IMG/VR virus record: IMGVR_UViG_3300006169_000036
Coordinates: 1-59,633 of that record
From: a virus
Taxonomy: Duplodnaviria; Caudoviricetes
DNA length: 59,633 nt
Strand: one strand, 5' to 3'
The position numbers and the translations under genes are program-made. The notes below the pieces were generated by a model. The model saw only the letters and a program-made list of their open reading frames with translations, was not told the DNA's origin and did not search any database. Shown piece after piece: positions 47,014-58,333 of the stretch; position 1 is the first letter of the stretch; each line of letters starts with the position of its first letter.

Positions 47014-47504
47014 GGGTACAGCCTCCTCAGAGTGGTGCGGTCAAGATGGTCGAAGCCGCCGCAGCGGCGCTGCCAGCCAGCGTAGGCCATCACGGAGCCG
47101 GGACGGTGCAGATGGTGCCGCATGCCGACGGCGTGTCCCAGTTCGTGGGCGACGGTGAAGCGGCGGACGCAGCCGGTCCAGGACCCGAACAGGGCCGTCC
47201 GGCCGCGGTCCAGCAGGATGTTGACATGGGCCAGGTGACCGTCGATGGTCCAGGCCCGGGTTGTGCCGGTGGCCCTGCCCCCGGCGTCACCGATGCGGAC
47301 ATGGATAGAGCCATGCCAGCCGCAGTCCTTGCGAAGGCGCAGTCTCAGATCCTGCCCGTTCTCGTTGTAGCGGCGCGCGACCTCTCTGAGGGGCCAAACT
47401 CCGCTGACGCCATGGGCCTCGACGCACACGGTGTCCTTCGGCCAGGTCGCCCCCATCGCCAGCAGGGCGACAGGGACGACCAGGAGGACGGCGAGGCGGC
47501 GCAT
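47010..47504 (-). CDS. Secreted matrixin-type zinc metalloprotease
   Basis: Signal peptide; HELGHAVGMRH; Met-turn SVMAY. Confidence 0.8.
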   Translation of the reverse strand: MRRLAVLLVVPVALLAMGATWPKDTVCVEAHGVSGVWPLREVARRYNENGQDLRLRLRKDCGWHGSIHVRIGDAGGRATGTTRAWTIDGHLAHVNILLDRGRTALFGSWTGCVRRFTVAHELGHAVGMRHHLHRPGSVMAYAGWQRRCGGFDHLDRTTLRRLYP

Positions 47505-47631
47505 CAGGACGCCGCCGCATCGTGGCAGGGGCACATGCAGGTCTCCGGGTCCGCCTCGTCCTCGGTGTACCCGGAGCAGCGCGGCGCGTGCTGGCCCACG
47601 TCGCAGTACGACTGGTCCCGTGTCGGGGCCC

Positions 47632-48439
47632 TCACAGCCAGTCCCGGAACGTGCGCTGCACGCGGCGCCGCTGGCGGCGGTTGCCCTCCCGCGCCAGGTG
47701 CTGCGCGAAGTGCGGGTGGTCCCGGATGACGCGCCGGGCCGTCGAGGCCCGCTCGTACACCAGCAGCGGCACCACGACGGCCACCGCGATCACGGCGAAC
47801 AGGGCCAGCAGCGGGAACGCGACAAACAGCAGGGCCAGGAACGGCAGGGAGGCCCACAGCGCGGGGCCCCGGTTGATCTGGGTCTTCATCGTCCCTCCCA
47901 GGGGTCGTAGTGGTCGTCGTCCTCGTCGAGCCGGAAGTTCAGGTACCCGAGACCCACCACCGCGGCGAAGACAGCCCCCGCGATCAGGTTACCCGTCAGG
48001 CCCGCCAGTGCCAACCCCAGAATCACGATGATCACGGACGCCCGCAGGGTGCGCCGCCAGCCCTCGTCCCAGGGCGTCACCGGACACCCGCCGGCGCAGT
48101 GGCCTCCTGGACACGCAGGGGCACCCCGGTGACGCACTCCACCTCGAACGCGGCGTAGCGCAGGATCCGGTCCCCCGTGTCGTCCTTCGACACCAGCCGG
48201 GCCTGCGCCTCGCGGCCGATCCCGGTGAGCTCCTGCGCGGCTGTCCGCGACGACGGCTCGAGCAGCACGTAGTGGTGGCTGTACTCCTCGACATGCCAGC
48301 CGTCCTCGTCGGTGTGGGTGCCCCACACCTCGCCGAACGTGCCCGGGCGCTGCCGGTTCGCCTCCGTGATGACCATCAGCCACAGCGGCGACTTGCCCGG
48401 CTTGAGGGGGCGCTTCGGGGTCTCCAGGTAGACGCTCAT
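47632..48439 (-). CDS. Three small genes (47632-47889 and 47886-48080 membrane proteins; 48077-48439 hypothetical)
   Basis: 4-bp overlaps; hydrophobic segments. Confidence 0.55.
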
Positions 48440-48696
48440 GATGCCAGCCTACGCGCCCGCAGGTTGCGGCGCTCCAGCAGCGTCATGCCGCCCCACACGC
48501 CCGCGGGGAGATCCCCGTAGCCGGTGGGCGTCATGCCCCACTCGAGGCACTGCGCCAGGATCGGGCAGGGCTCCGCGTCGGGGGCGATGGTGCCCTTGCA
48601 CAGGGCCTTCGGGGCGCGCGGGTCGCCGCCGACGACGGGGAAGAAGATGTCGGGGTCGACCTGGCGGCAGGGCAGGTAGTCCATGCTGTCGGACAT
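48436..48696 (-). CDS. whiB: WhiB-family transcription factor
   Basis: C...DPDIFFP...KALC...CPI..QCLEW...GVWGG.T..ER. Confidence 0.92.
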   Translation of the reverse strand: MSDSMDYLPCRQVDPDIFFPVVGGDPRAPKALCKGTIAPDAEPCPILAQCLEWGMTPTGYGDLPAGVWGGMTLLERRNLRARRLAS

Positions 48697-48698
48697 GG

Positions 48699-49143
48699 TC
48701 AGGCTCCCTTCAGGGGCTGGAAGTCGCGGTGGGCGGCGGGGGACACGAACACCGTGCCCGGAGCGGACAGCGCCACCTCGTTCTCCAGGGCGTTTCGGGT
48801 GGGCGACGCATATGTACGGAAGAAGTTCAGGGTGACGTGAGGCAGGCCCTGCTCGTTGATGAGGCGGACAGCCTCGCGCTGGCTGCTGGCGGCGACGATG
48901 ACCCGCTTGACCGATCCGGCCCCGGTGACTGTGACTAGACCGTAGACCTTCATGTCAGGCTCCCTTCCTCTGGTGGTACCGGGCCAGTTCGGCCTCGGCG
49001 TGACATTCGGTGCAGCGGCGCTGGTAGCGGATGCTGCCATCCGCGCGGGTGCCGCGCTTGTGGAGCCGGAACTCGACGACACCGTGCTCCGGGCAGTGGC
49101 CGCGCTCGGTCGGCACCTGGGACTCGCGTGGGCGGCCCATCAT
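48699..49143 (-). CDS. Two small genes (48699-48953; 48955-49143 zinc-finger-like)
   Basis: C..HG...C.EC in the second. Confidence 0.55.
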
Positions 49144-49288
49144 CGGTGCTCCCTCCGGTCATGGCGCCGGATGAGGCGCTTGATGATGGGCCAGCCCAGC
49201 GCGGCCCCCAGGCCCTCGATAAGGAGGGTCGTGGTGACCTCGAACGCGAGATGGGCCGGGTCGGACAACAGGTGCAGGAACTCGCGGA

Positions 49289-50566
49289 TCACTGCGCCAC
49301 CTCCCGGGCGTAGTTGGTACGGTCATGCCAGGTCAGCGCCAGCAGCGGCCTGGTGACCGCTGCGGCCATGTCCGGCGGGACGGCGTTCCCAGCCTGCTGG
49401 TGCTGGGCCGACACGGGCCCCTGCCACGGGTAGTCGGCGGGGAACGACTGCAGGATCCCGGCCTCCTGGACGGTCACGCGGACGGAGCCGGGGGTCTTCT
49501 GCCGGGGCGGGTCGCCGGGCTTGCGGTAGCCCGGGGCCGCGACGACATCGGGCCGGAACGACCCGACGATGGTCGGGCTGGGCCGCTCATGCGCCCAGGA
49601 CGTGTCGCCCTCGACCTCGGCGACCGGCGACCACTGCGCCGACCGGGCCCCGGTGATCGTGTGCGCGGGCTCGGTGGCCGCGTCACGCGGGCGCTGCCGG
49701 ATCCGGTCCTGCGAGGTCTGACCGGCCCCGGAGAACAGCCAGCGACCCTCGTCCATCTCGCGGTACATCGCCTGCCGGGCACCGTTGCCGAACGGCTCCG
49801 CGCCGCCTGTCGCCGTCCCGCCACCGCACACGGTGTGGGAGGGGCGCGCGGTCATGCCGCGGTTGATGCCCTCGGCCATCGTCACCCAGCGCTTCACGCC
49901 GGGGTCCAGGCGGGACGGGTTGTGCGGGTAGTACCGGGAGTGCGTCGCGTGCGGCGAAAGCTCCTCCTCCTGCACGCGGGCGGACTCGACCTCGCCCGCG
50001 ACGTTGAGGACGGCGACCAGGCCGACACGGTGCCGTGCCTGCGGGACCCCGTACTGCTCGGAGTGCAGGTCATGCACGACGACGGTGTAGCCCCAGCGCC
50101 GCATGACGGTCGCGTAGGCCTCCCACACGGGGCGGACGGCCTTGACCTGCTCCAGCGCCACGAACAGCGGGCGCTCGTCGCGGATCACGGTCAGCGGGTG
50201 CAGGGCGAGCACCGTACGCTCGTCGAGGGCGTCGTCCTCGGCCCACTCGACGGCCACGGCGGGGTTGTCGCCGTTGGCGACGCGGCCGACGGCGGTGACC
50301 AGGCTGTCGACATGCGGCAGGCCCTTGCGGGCCCCGCCCTGGGAGAACGTCTGGCACGGGGGCCCGGCGGTGTAGCCCAGCAGGTTGCCCGTGTGGGCCC
50401 AGCCTACGCGGCGCACGTCGCCCTCGATGACCTCGAAGCCAGCGGCGCGGGCGGTGGCGGCGGCATGCTTGTTCTGCTCGACGCAGACGATGCGGCCGGT
50501 GTACCCGGCACGGCGCAGGCCCAGGGCCATGCCACCGGCCCCGGCGAAGTCACAGCGGATGGTCAT
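49289..50566 (-). CDS. C5 cytosine DNA methyltransferase
   Basis: FAGAGG (I), GPPCQTFS (IV), EQV (VI), Q.R.R (VIII), LQSFP (IX), GNAVPP (X). Confidence 0.93.
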   Translation of the reverse strand: MTIRCDFAGAGGMALGLRRAGYTGRIVCVEQNKHAAATARAAGFEVIEGDVRRVGWAHTGNLLGYTAGPPCQTFSQGGARKGLPHVDSLVTAVGRVANGDNPAVAVEWAEDDALDERTVLALHPLTVIRDERPLFVALEQVKAVRPVWEAYATVMRRWGYTVVVHDLHSEQYGVPQARHRVGLVAVLNVAGEVESARVQEEELSPHATHSRYYPHNPSRLDPGVKRWVTMAEGINRGMTARPSHTVCGGGTATGGAEPFGNGARQAMYREMDEGRWLFSGAGQTSQDRIRQRPRDAATEPAHTITGARSAQWSPVAEVEGDTSWAHERPSPTIVGSFRPDVVAAPGYRKPGDPPRQKTPGSVRVTVQEAGILQSFPADYPWQGPVSAQHQQAGNAVPPDMAAAVTRPLLALTWHDRTNYAREVAQ

Positions 50567-50568
50567 GG

Positions 50569-51129
50569 TCAGATCACCCCGTGCTCGCGGGCGAGGAAGT
50601 CCCGGATGGCCTGGGCGTCCTCCTCGACCTGATCGTCGGTGTAGATCGGGTAGCCGTCTTCGCCCTCCGGGACGCCCTCGTCGATGTCGTCGGCCTCGGA
50701 CAGGTCGACCTCGTGGGCGACGGTGCCGTCGCCATAGACGGTGATGGTCACCGGCAGGCCGATGCAGTAGGAGCGGGGCTCGCGGGCCTTGCGGGCGGCG
50801 TCGGACAGGAAGTCAGCCAGCGCCAGCAGACTGGTGCTGGTGATCGACCCGGATGCCAGGGGGGCCTCGCCGTTGAGGCGCTCCTCCTCGTTGCGGTACA
50901 CCTCGACCGTGAAGCCCTCCGGGGCGACGACCCACTGGCCATCGCTGCGAGGGAAGCGGTAGGGGTTGAACGGCCCGCCCAGGTCACCGACGGTGACACT
51001 GCGGCCATCGTCGAGGAGGGCGACGAACAGCAGCGTGCCGCCCGCGATGGCGCGCTGGGGGAAGGGGACGCCGAGGGTTCGCTGGATGGCGTCCTCGACA
51101 TGGGCGAGGGGGAGACGGGTGGATGACAT
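50569..51129 (-). CDS. Hypothetical protein
   Basis: ATG 51129 with AAGGGA RBS. Confidence 0.65.
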   Translation of the reverse strand: MSSTRLPLAHVEDAIQRTLGVPFPQRAIAGGTLLFVALLDDGRSVTVGDLGGPFNPYRFPRSDGQWVVAPEGFTVEVYRNEEERLNGEAPLASGSITSTSLLALADFLSDAARKAREPRSYCIGLPVTITVYGDGTVAHEVDLSEADDIDEGVPEGEDGYPIYTDDQVEEDAQAIRDFLAREHGVI

Positions 51130-51209
51130 GGGCGGTCCCTTCAGGAGTTTGGGGTCAGGTGAAAGCGTCGCACGGGAGATGGCTCCCGCGCAAGGGTCAG
51201 TCCGAGGAG

Positions 51210-51242
51210 TGAGATTGGTTGCCGGCAGCAAGCTTCTCGAGG
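51210..51242. repeat. 33-bp repeat, copy 1 (putative promoter/operator)
   Basis: 31/33 identical to 54261-54293. Confidence 0.85.
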
Positions 51243-51373
51243 AGGCCCACCACCTGGAACAGCCGGTAGTCGATGGACTGCAGCAGCATGCTCCAGCCGC
51301 TCCTCGGCATGCTCGAGCCGCGCGGCGACCTCCTCCACGTTGGTCGCCAGCGGCTTGCGAGGCAGCATCCGGC

Positions 51374-54185
51374 TCATGGCTGCGATGGTACACCGGCGTC
51401 GTCGCCGGTGTCCCTGTCGACGGTCGCGGCGAAGAACCGCTCGGCCTCCTCGGCGAAGGCCTCCGGGTCCTGCCTGAAGAAGCCCGGCACGGAGTCGACG
51501 ACGTCGTCGAACGCGCCGCAGGCCACCAGGGCCGCGAACCGCAGGTAGGCGGTGGCCTCGTCCGGGTACCACTCGGCCCAGTCGTTGGCGACCCAGTCGG
51601 TCCACCACAGGGTGGCCCCGCTGAGCCGTTCCTCGCGCAGCGGGTCCGGGTGACCCGGGTAGATCGCGACGGTGCAGTATTGCCCGTCACGGCGCTGCAG
51701 CGGCCGGATCCCGGCATCGTCGAACGCCTCGTTGGTGGTGCGTCCGCCGGTCGCCTTGTAGAAGGTGCTGTCGTTGATCGAGTGCGGGCGGGCCATCAGA
51801 AGTCCGCCTGACGCACCGCGAGGTCCGACGTGAGGAGCGCGGACGCCGCCAGGGCCTTCGCGCGCACGACACGTTGCACGTCGGCGGGCAGGTCCCGCAG
51901 GTCGATGGACGTCAGCGTCCGGCGGGCCTTGCCCACGGTGCCGTCGGCGCGGAACGCGAAGCCCCGGGCCTCGGAGCGGCCGAAGAACAGGACGCGGTCA
52001 ACCCACAGCCGGGCCGACACCTCGGTGGCGGCGATGCTCTCCCCGTCCCATCCGCGCATGATCTCGACCGGCTTGGTGAAGTGGACAGTCACCTGGACCA
52101 GGGCATCGGTGCCGACGCGGAAGGTCGAGGGGGAGGTGTTGTGCAGGGTCATGGTCATGCTCCGTTCCCGGCCCGGGGGCCGATGGTGATGGTGTCGTCG
52201 TTGTCGATCCACTCGCCGTAGCGGCCCTTGTAGAACCGCACCCCGGACTTGAACCGCACGACCTTCCAGATGGTGTGCTCGCCGCCGAAGACGTCGAACA
52301 CGGTGTCGCCGATCTGCAGGTCGCGGCCACGGATGCGTGTGGCACCCACGACGACATCGGTGATGTCGACGAGAGGTGCGACATGCGTGCGCGCCGCGAA
52401 GCTTTCGCCGGTCATGCCGCGTCCAGCCCGGCCTTGAAGCCCGCGACCCAGGACGCCCAGGCGAGCGCGACCCGAAGCGGGCGGGCGGTGCCCTCGCCGA
52501 ACACCGGCTCAGCGGTGACGTGCTCCACCGGCTGCCAGCCGCTGTCCTCGTCGAGGACGGACACGCTGCCGTACTCCCAGCCGTTCAGGCCGGTCGTGAC
52601 CAGGTACAGCGGGTCATCGTGGCGGGCCCGGTCGATGGTGATCGCGGCCATGCCCGGGTACCACCAGGACACGTCCAGGCCGAAGCGCTCCATCAGACGC
52701 AGGGTCTCGTCGACCTCAGCATCGGTGAGGCTGATCGTGATGCCGCTCATGCGATCCTCCCCGTGAGGATGTGGAACGCCACCGCTGCGGCGTGCTCGGC
52801 GTCGTGGACCTCGTCCCCGATGGCCAGGCCCTCGGGGGTGACCGGCGTCCAGCCGACACCGACGGACCAGACCGAGACGAACAGGCGGGTGGCGGGAGCG
52901 TCGAACGCGCCCTTGCCGTCGCCGACGGAGTTGTCCACGACACGGAACCGCCGCGTCTCGGTGCCGCTGCGGACCTCGATGTAGTCGCAGCCACGGGCGG
53001 TCGCGGTGCCGCCCGTCTGCTCCAGGGTGGTGATGCTGCTCATGGTCGCCTCCTCTAGGCGTAGGTGGGGTTGAAGGCCCAGCAGTCGCCGCCGACCAGC
53101 CACACGTAGTCGGCGCTGGTAACCTGCGGGCCGGGGACGGGGACCTCGTCGCCGTAGTCATCGGTGACGGTGTCGACGCGGTAGAAGTGGTCCCGCTTGA
53201 ACGGGTTGTACGTGACCCGCACCCAGCCCATCCGGTGAGCCTGCGGCTCCGGGTGGACCTGGATCAGCAGGGCCGCGAGGACACGGCCACGGGCGAACGC
53301 GTGGACGTTGCGGACGCCCTCGGCGTGGCTGCGGGCCAGCCCGGCAGGGGCGACCGTGAACGCCACGGGGCCCTCCAGGATCAGGGTCCCCAGGTACTCG
53401 ACCCGGGCCCCGGCCACGCTGCGGCGGGTGGAGATGGTCTGGGACTCACCGGCCAGCACACGCGGGCGATGCGGGTGGGCCTCGACGCGGTCGCCGCGTC
53501 GCACGGTGGGGACGGTCACGATGATGCTCCGATCTGGCGGAAGGCCCCATGGCGGATGTCGATGGGGAGGTCGGGGAACGTGGCAGCGACGATGTTGAGG
53601 TCGCTGCGCTGCTCCAGGTCGGCGATGTGGGTGACGTTCTGGTCGCGGTCGACCAGCAGCAGTTCGGTGACCTGCCGGTCACCCTGCCACTGGGCGACCA
53701 CGCGCTCGCGGGCCATCAGGAGGCCTCGACGAACAGTGAGTAGCCACCACACTCCGTGGAACCCAACTCCGTGGCCTCGGCGCGTGCCTCGTCCGACGTG
53801 GTGAACGGGCCGAACCAGACGCCGCCTACTTCGAGCATGACACGGCGGGCCATCAGGCCTCGGTCCAGACCCAGGCGAACGCGCCGAGGGCGTACAGGCC
53901 GTCGGCGTCGGGCGGGTAGACCTCGCCGCTGTACTGCGGGTCGTAGTCGCTCGACTCGGGGTCGGAGTACTGGACGTCATGCACGACCAGGACACCGCTG
54001 TCGGTGAAGCCGTAGGTGACGCCGTACTCGTGGTCGGCGCCGATCCAGTCCAGCACCTGGACGGCGGACAGGGCGTCGATGAAGGGCGCGGCGATGAAGC
54101 CGTTCCAGCGCTGGGCCGGGTCATACTGGGCCAGCACGGTGGCCTCGGGCTCGCCGAGGCTGACGGGGCCGGTGGTGATGGTCAC
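51374..54185 (-). CDS. Run of small early hypothetical genes (51374-51796, 51796-52158, 52155-52415, 52412-52750, 52747-53043, 53055-53519, 53516-~53720, 53853-54185)
   Basis: Tightly coupled - strand ORFs with phage codon usage. Confidence 0.6.
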
Positions 54186-54260
54186 GATGGTTCTCCCTTG
54201 GTCGGTGGTGCTTCCAGTGTGACGGGCCTGGCGCGGGAACACCAGACCCGTCTCAGCGGC

Positions 54261-54293
54261 TGAGATTACTTGCCGGCAGCAAGCTTCTCGAGG
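54261..54293. repeat. 33-bp repeat, copy 2
   Basis: See copy 1. Confidence 0.85.
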
Positions 54294-54876
54294 GGTGGGA
54301 TGATGTCGAAGGCCAGCGCGTCGCCGATGCTGAGGCGCATCGGCTCGGCGCGGTCATCGGTGTCGTCGTCCTCCTGTCCGGGGCAGCGGACGCCACCGTG
54401 CTTGTGTCGCCAGCCGTCGCGGGCACGCAGGTCGGGGGTGACCAGCGCGCCCTCCCCGGCGTAGTCCCAGCAGTTCGCGCAGACCAGGATGCCGGTCTGG
54501 GCCATCAGCGGGCCTTCGCCTTCGCCTCGCGGACCCGGTCGTCGAGCGTGTTGCCCACGACCCGCTTGAGCCACTTGGCCCGCGTCTCGACGGGGAACAC
54601 GTTGGTCTTGAGGCCCACGCGGGCCCGCAGGTCGTCGTACGTCAGCGGGCGGTCGACCGGGCCGTCGTCGGTGAACTCCCGCAGGAACGCGCCGCCGACC
54701 TGCTCGTACAGGCTGATGCGGGCGTAGAACTCGGGCAGGTTCGCCTCGGACAGGTCACCGATGCCGACGGCCATCGTGGCGAAGATGATGGCCTGCGTGA
54801 CCGGCCAGGCCTCGTCGGTGGTGATCGCGTCGAAGTCGGCGGTCTCGCGGAGGTCGTAGTTCAAGGACATGGTCAT
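54266..54876 (-). CDS. Two hypothetical genes (54266-54505 Cys-rich; 54505-54876)
   Basis: TGATG coupling. Confidence 0.6.
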
Positions 54877-55116
54877 GCTCCGATCATGTAGACGATGGCC
54901 AGCAGCGCCAGGACAGCGAGCCAGCCGAGGACAGAGAGGGTCAGTTCGACGAGAAGCCGGGTCACGGGTGGTGCCACCGGCAGTGAGGGTCCTGCTGGTA
55001 GTAGGACAGGCAGGTGCAGTCATCGGGACCGACCATGCGGGTGAAGTCCACCCGGGTGCGCTGCGCCTCAGCCTCCCGGCCACGGCGCTCGTGCTCGGCG
55101 AGCAACCTGCGCTCGT

Positions 55117-55650
55117 TCATGCCAGGGCTCGCAGGGCTCGCTTCGTGGCCTCCTGCGCCATGAGGCGCGACCACTCGCGCCGGTAGGCCTCAGTCGGGAA
55201 CGGCACCTCGCGGCCACGGTGCTTCCAGGTGTACAGGTGGGCGACCTGGAACCGTCGCCCGCAGCATCGCCCGCAGGCGCGGACCCGCTGCGGGGCGCGG
55301 TACATGTGCGTGACGTGACCGGCGGGGCATGTGCCCTCCCAGTCGCCAGCGGGGGCAGGCGTGTCGGCGGTGCGCCGACCCGACCCGCCGAGGGCGATGC
55401 AGGCAACGCGCCACACGTTGTCGTGGCCGTGCTGGCCACCGACCTGGGCGTGTGCGATCTCGTGCAGGATGGTGTCCAGCACGGTCTCCTCGGAGGCGAG
55501 TCGCACGCCAGGCCGCGACAGGCCGATGGTGCGGGTGCTGTACTTGCACACGCCGATGCGGCGCTTCGCGTCGTCCCAGGCGAAACCCCATCCGACCAGG
55601 TGCCGGTCGACGAGGTTGCGGGCAAGAGTCTCGGCTGCCTGCAGGTCCAT
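55117..55650 (-). CDS. SprT-like zinc metalloprotease
   Basis: R.GVC.Y....I.LS, TILHEIAHA, HGH..VW, C..H / C..C. Confidence 0.88.
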   Translation of the reverse strand: MDLQAAETLARNLVDRHLVGWGFAWDDAKRRIGVCKYSTRTIGLSRPGVRLASEETVLDTILHEIAHAQVGGQHGHDNVWRVACIALGGSGRRTADTPAPAGDWEGTCPAGHVTHMYRAPQRVRACGRCCGRRFQVAHLYTWKHRGREVPFPTEAYRREWSRLMAQEATKRALRALA

Positions 55651-57856
55651 CAGAGCACACCCCGCAGGATGACATCGGCGTTCGCGCCATGGCGCGTCAG
55701 GAAAGCTTTCACGGGACGCAGTGCTGCCTTGAACTCCGCGTCCGTCGCGTCGACCCGCTGGAGGTAGTCGAGCATCGCGTTCGTGCCAGCACCACGCGGG
55801 TCGCCGTACTCACCCTCGAGAAGGGCGAACAGGCGCGCGGCGGCGCGGCAGGGCTTCGGCCAGTAGCACCAGCCGTCGCTGTTGGCGTCGGCCCAGGACC
55901 GCAGGATGGCGACGGCCAGCGCGGCACGGTACCGGTTGGGCGTGTCCTCGCCGTCGTAGCGCTGCATCGCGCGGGCGATGTCGTAGTCGTTCATGAAGCG
56001 CACCGTAGTGCTCCCTTCGGGGTGTAGATCCGGTCGGGCGACCGATGGCCCGCACGCTCCCGCCGTGCCCTGAAGGGCTCGCGGGTGGTCCCGCTCGACG
56101 GAGTCGGGGGGCGTGCGGGCGACTGTGGCCCGCGTCGGTCAGTGGGCGGTCAGCCGCGCCAGGGCATCGGTGATGCGCTGCGACAGGGCGCGGCTGTGGC
56201 GGGCCAGCGCGTCGTAACCCTTGTCGCCCTCACGCTGGGCGTCCTCGGCCAGCAGGTTGGCGATCTTCTGGGCGTCGTAGCGGCCCAGTTTCAGCGTGAC
56301 CGGTGCGCCGCCGTCGAAGTCGACGTACCACTCCGCGTCCGGGGAGGTGACGGTCACCTTCCCGTTGCGATGACGGACGACGCGGGACAGGGACGAGAGT
56401 GTGGACATGGTTGTCTCCGATCAGGGGATGAGTCGCGCGAACGTGTCGCGCAGGGCTTCGGTGTGGCGCAGGGCCTCGGTGTACGACCCGCGTCGGCCAT
56501 CGCGGGCCAGGCTGTCCAGGCGTCGCACCTCGGTGCAAAGTGCCTGGAAGATGCGATAGGCGTCGCCAGCGGTGAGGCTGTCGACGGACACCAGGTGGTC
56601 GCGCCAGTCGCCACCAGCAGGGCGGTCGACGTCGACCGGGTCGCCGTGGTTGAACACGACCGGGTGAGCCTGGTCGGCGACATGAGCGTAGATGACACCC
56701 CAGTTCGACGTGACCTCGACCACCTCGGTCAGGCCACGCAAACGGTCACCCTTGCGAAGTTCGCGGGCGTTGATGTGCAGGCGCTTGTAGGTCATCGGTC
56801 AGCCCTCCAGGATGGCGCGGCGGACGACACCCTGACGGGTGCCGGTGCGGCGCGGGCGGGGACGCGGCTGGCGCGTCTGCGTGACCTCGTCGCGACGGGT
56901 GTGGCGGGTACGTGTGGACATGGTGATCCCTTGGAGCTTGGTTGGTGCCGGCAAACAACATCCGGGTGAGCCGGGCGGCTCCCGGTGACCCTCGCAGCGC
57001 GAGAGCCCCGGTGATCAGCCCGGGTCAGGTGATGCGCAGGTCTGCGTCGCGTTCCCAGCGCTGCTGGTCGGCCAGGTGGCGAGCACGCACCGCGTCGCGG
57101 CGCTGCTGCGGGGTGGGCAGGCCAGCGCCGTCGTCGGCGATGTCCTCGGGCCATGACACCCAGGTCGACGGGGACCCGGTGCGACCGATGTGGACATCAT
57201 GCGGGGCGGGCCGGAGTGACTCGCAGGCCACCCATGGCAGGTCGGGATGGTGGCTGGGGCAGGTCATGTCAGGCCCTCCCCTCGGACCAGCGCACCAGGC
57301 GCAGGTAGTCCGTCGGCGTGATGACGCGGTTGCGCAGGTACGCAGCCGCGAGGTCGGTCGCGGACAGGTGCCCGTGGTCGGCATAGTCGCGCTTGATGTG
57401 CTCCCATGCGTCCCGGCGTGCGGATCGACCGGGGCAGTCGACGTGCGCGCCGTCCATGTTCGTCATCGTGCCGAACACCGTGAAGATGTGTTCGGCGTGG
57501 TCGCGGTTGCGCATCGGGCACTCAGGCGACGGGGTGGTGGGCATCATGCCTCCAGATAGCCGGACTCGGTCACGTAGTCGTAGCCGGTCCACTCGGGGTG
57601 TTCGTCGACGTGGGGCGAGAGGTCGTCGGGGTGACTCTCGGGAACGAGGATCATGTCAGCCTCGGTTGGTCAGCCAGTCCCGGAAAAGGGGCGGCGGGGT
57701 GTGCTGTCGGTACTCGGACACCTCGGTGTCATAGAGCGCGGTGGCGTACTCCATCGCAGACCACCATGCGTCGTAGGCGCATCGGTAGTCCGCGACCAGG
57801 TCAGCATGCGCTGGGCTGCAGTGCCTCGCGTGTCGCGGGGAACATGGGCGGCTCAT
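55650..57856 (-). CDS. Small early hypothetical genes (55650-56003, 56139-56408, 56421-56795, 57025-57267, 57269-57547, 57656-57856)
   Basis: Plausible RBSs and coupling; starts uncertain. Confidence 0.55.
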
Positions 57857-58311
57857 GACTGCTGAAGGCAGTAGTCCGTGACCGTGTCGCAGGTCTCGCA
57901 CCACCAGTCGCTGATGTCACGGCGGTACCCGTGCCGGTGCCTTAGCGTCATGTAGACGACATCCGGGCCACCGGGCGTCCAGTTCGGCTCACGGTCGGTT
58001 TCCACGAAACCGTGACGCTCGTAGAGTGCGGGCAGGTACCCGTCGAAGCAGTCCAGGCGCGTCGCGCCGTTGCGGATGGCGTCACGGACCAGGTCATCGC
58101 CGCGACCACGCACGGCGGAGAACACGCCGACCAACTCGCCATCGGCGCGGATGGCATAGCCCGACAGGCGGTCGGCCGACAGGTAGCATGCCGCGTCGCC
58201 GATGTCGTCAGGGTCACGGTAGTCCGTGCATGACGCGGCGATGTTTGGGTTCGTGCGCCAGGCAGCCTCAAGCGCGAGGCTGTACAGGGTCGCCGGGTAT
58301 TGCTTGTACAT
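57853..58311 (-). CDS. GNAT-fold acetyltransferase-like protein
   Basis: VFS...GRG..LV..AI..GAT.LDCFD..L..LYERHGF. Confidence 0.7.
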   Translation of the reverse strand: MYKQYPATLYSLALEAAWRTNPNIAASCTDYRDPDDIGDAACYLSADRLSGYAIRADGELVGVFSAVRGRGDDLVRDAIRNGATRLDCFDGYLPALYERHGFVETDREPNWTPGGPDVVYMTLRHRHGYRRDISDWWCETCDTVTDYCLQQS

Positions 58312-58333
58312 GGAAAGCTTCTCCACCCTCGTG

